From positions 1 to 54,577 of the forward strand of contig JADGIG010000011.1 in NCBI GenBank assembly GCA_018985235.1: a stretch of DNA of 54,577 bases, written 5' to 3'. The notes under the pieces are model-generated. The model saw only the letters and a list, made by a program, of their open reading frames with translations, was not told the DNA's origin and did no database searches. The position numbers were made by a program, and so were the translations under genes. Every line of letters starts with the position of its first letter. Position 1 is the first letter of the stretch. The DNA comes from Sanchytrium tribonematis. Taxonomy: Eukaryota. Of the stretch, positions 54,501-54,577 are shown in pieces.

Positions 54501-54577
54501 AGTTAGTCCTTAAAAGGCCTTGACGGGACTAAACTATGAGACTTGATTTTCCCTCTAAAAATGTATTTTTTCAAAAC

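Noticed and set aside
1..54577. Alternative genetic code, tRNA or rRNA genes
   Set aside because: Conserved genes end at TAA/TAG/TGA where expected. The GTTCGA hits (about 50678 and 53391) lack cloverleaf context.

Overview
Eukaryotic, AT-rich DNA read in the standard genetic code, most likely from an early-diverging fungus with a very compact genome (inferred from a GARS-AIRS ADE5,7-type fusion, a Cdc3-like septin and a proteinase-K-type subtilisin). Bases 1-41,041 are extremely gene-dense, with about 25 mostly intronless genes: WDR82/Swd2, acylpeptide hydrolase, an F-box-like protein, two tandem GH18-like enzymes, a CPA2 K+/H+ antiporter, subtilisin, an RGS-TM protein, septin, CAP/Srv2, GH35 beta-galactosidase, mitochondrial uL2, an exportin-7-like protein, a trypsin-fold protein, ADE5,7, DOT1 and several orphans. 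After about 41,050 the window becomes a transposon graveyard: two pogo-type DNA transposons plus the start of a third, piggyBac and Helitron remnants, an SSB pseudogene and an unclassified repeat. The most notable signals are: (1) both introns I can detect are only 19 and 20 nt long and share a 3' motif; (2) predicted secretory proteins appear to carry signal peptides of only 9-11 aa; (3) a chymotrypsin-fold protein has a His-Asp-Cys (GDCG) triad; (4) a bacterial/mitochondrial-type SSB lies next to a Helitron remnant; (5) a pogo family is marked by CCCCCGGGGG-centred palindromes. All family assignments come from motif recognition by eye; no database search was run.
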